Shown here one piece after another: positions 63,138 to 64,000 of a stretch of DNA of 64,000 nucleotides (position 1 is the first letter of the stretch; each line of letters opens with the position of its first letter). Below the pieces are notes generated by a model. The model did not search any database, had not been told where the DNA came from, and worked only from the letters and a program-made list of their open reading frames with translations. The stretch comes from Oopsacas minuta. Lineage: Eukaryota > Animalia > Porifera. The stretch is from assembly GCA_024704765.1 (NCBI GenBank), contig JAKMXF010000177.1, positions 248,001-312,000 of the forward strand. Reading direction: 5' to 3'. A program made the position numbers and the translations under genes.

Positions 63138-64000
63138 GTTATTTTGCATAAAGTATCGATAGATCATATACTCACTTTGAAATGAAAGATGATAAATTTA
63201 AAGTACGTTCTACAAGGCATCAAATAATGGCATAATATAACAATAAATGCTTACTTGACAAATAATTCCACACATTCCTGAATATTGAGCATATAATTAT
63301 TGATAATTTGTTGTTCTAAAACTGTGCAATACATCAAGGGGTAATAAATAAGGCTATATATTTGGTAATATTTGAAATTTATTATTCAACATGATTTGGC
63401 GGCAGGTATAACCTATTTTAGTAGGCCATGAATACATGTATTCGTGCCAAATACACAGTTTCTGTGATATCGAAATCAAATGGAATTTGTTCAATTGGGG
63501 TTACTTATCCTTTGTTCAGTTACTGTCAGGCCTTATACATAGTAGGTTATGACCATGTGTTATAATTCGATATGATATGATTGGTATTGAGTGTGGAGTA
63601 AGATTTTACAAGTCCAATTTTAGGGGAGCGGCATTCATCTACATACCAAGCTTAACAATTATACTCAAGAAGCGAAATCTCAGAATGATTCTGTTTGATT
63701 GTTAGAATATACTAACTTTTTAGTAGAAACGACTGTATTCCGGTAATGAAATGATTAAATGCATAGTTCGCATTCAAAAATCATTAAGAAAGTAATTAGC
63801 TAATGAATTTTTCCCAGAAAAAGGAAATATTGCTTAATACTATGAAAATTACCATAAACATCAAAACTAAGGCACAAAAATCAGAGTTCACGTAATAAAT
63901 ATGTTACACCAATGAAACTCTGGAAGCTGTTAACAAATTGGTAATTGAAAGCTAATAATTGACAATTTTCATAAGATATATAGGGTAGTTTAGGTAAAAT

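Noticed and set aside
54862-63551. A single 8.7-kb foldback element bounded by the two P-like ends
   Set aside because: The flanks (tttttac versus accatgt) share no TSD; two independent copies in opposite orientation explain the pattern equally well.
62490-63870. Chain of apparent micro-exons on the minus strand (six GTRAG donors in about 800 bp; e.g. ECVELFVK|TYFKFIIFHFK|LICNIFTNSHTL join in phase)
   Set aside because: The chain breaks at the next exon, two donors are weak, the peptide resembles nothing I recognise, and the region is a multi-copy palindromic repeat whose other copies do not keep the frames. Only RNA-seq junctions could revive it.

Overview
AT-rich (about one third GC by eye) metazoan nuclear DNA. 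There is no prokaryotic operon structure, and I found no rRNA, tRNA or CRISPR array. The only host gene I can support is an inversin (INVS/NPHP2)-like ankyrin-repeat gene on the minus strand. Two of its phase-0 exons (22629-22255 and 1423-1022) join in frame across a 20.8-kb GT-AG intron; its other exons were not found in the window. Nearly all remaining sequence is a nested transposon landscape. It includes a complete 3.1-kb Transib/RAG1-core-like element with a 5-bp TSD and RSS-heptamer ends plus an older Transib remnant, and a THAP P-superfamily element with about 165-bp TIRs and a 7-bp TSD (Galileo-like). It also includes a two-gene PIF/Harbinger element, two Tc1 (DD34E) elements, one mariner (DD34D), three maT-type (DD37D) copies of which one has an intact transposase ORF, several hAT elements and MITEs, three copies of a Helitron-like non-autonomous family, and two decayed CR1/L2-type LINEs. 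The most interesting signals are the RAG1-like features of the Transib copies (an NBD-like LSLT..Q..RL motif, and asymmetric heptamer-spacer-block ends with 8 versus 17 nt spacers), the Galileo-like P element, a 2A-like NPGP peptide, and the fact that many 'inactivating' frameshifts are single-base losses in homopolymer runs. All alignments were done by eye and protein-family comparisons come from recalled reference sequences; no database search was run, and the host species cannot be determined from this window.
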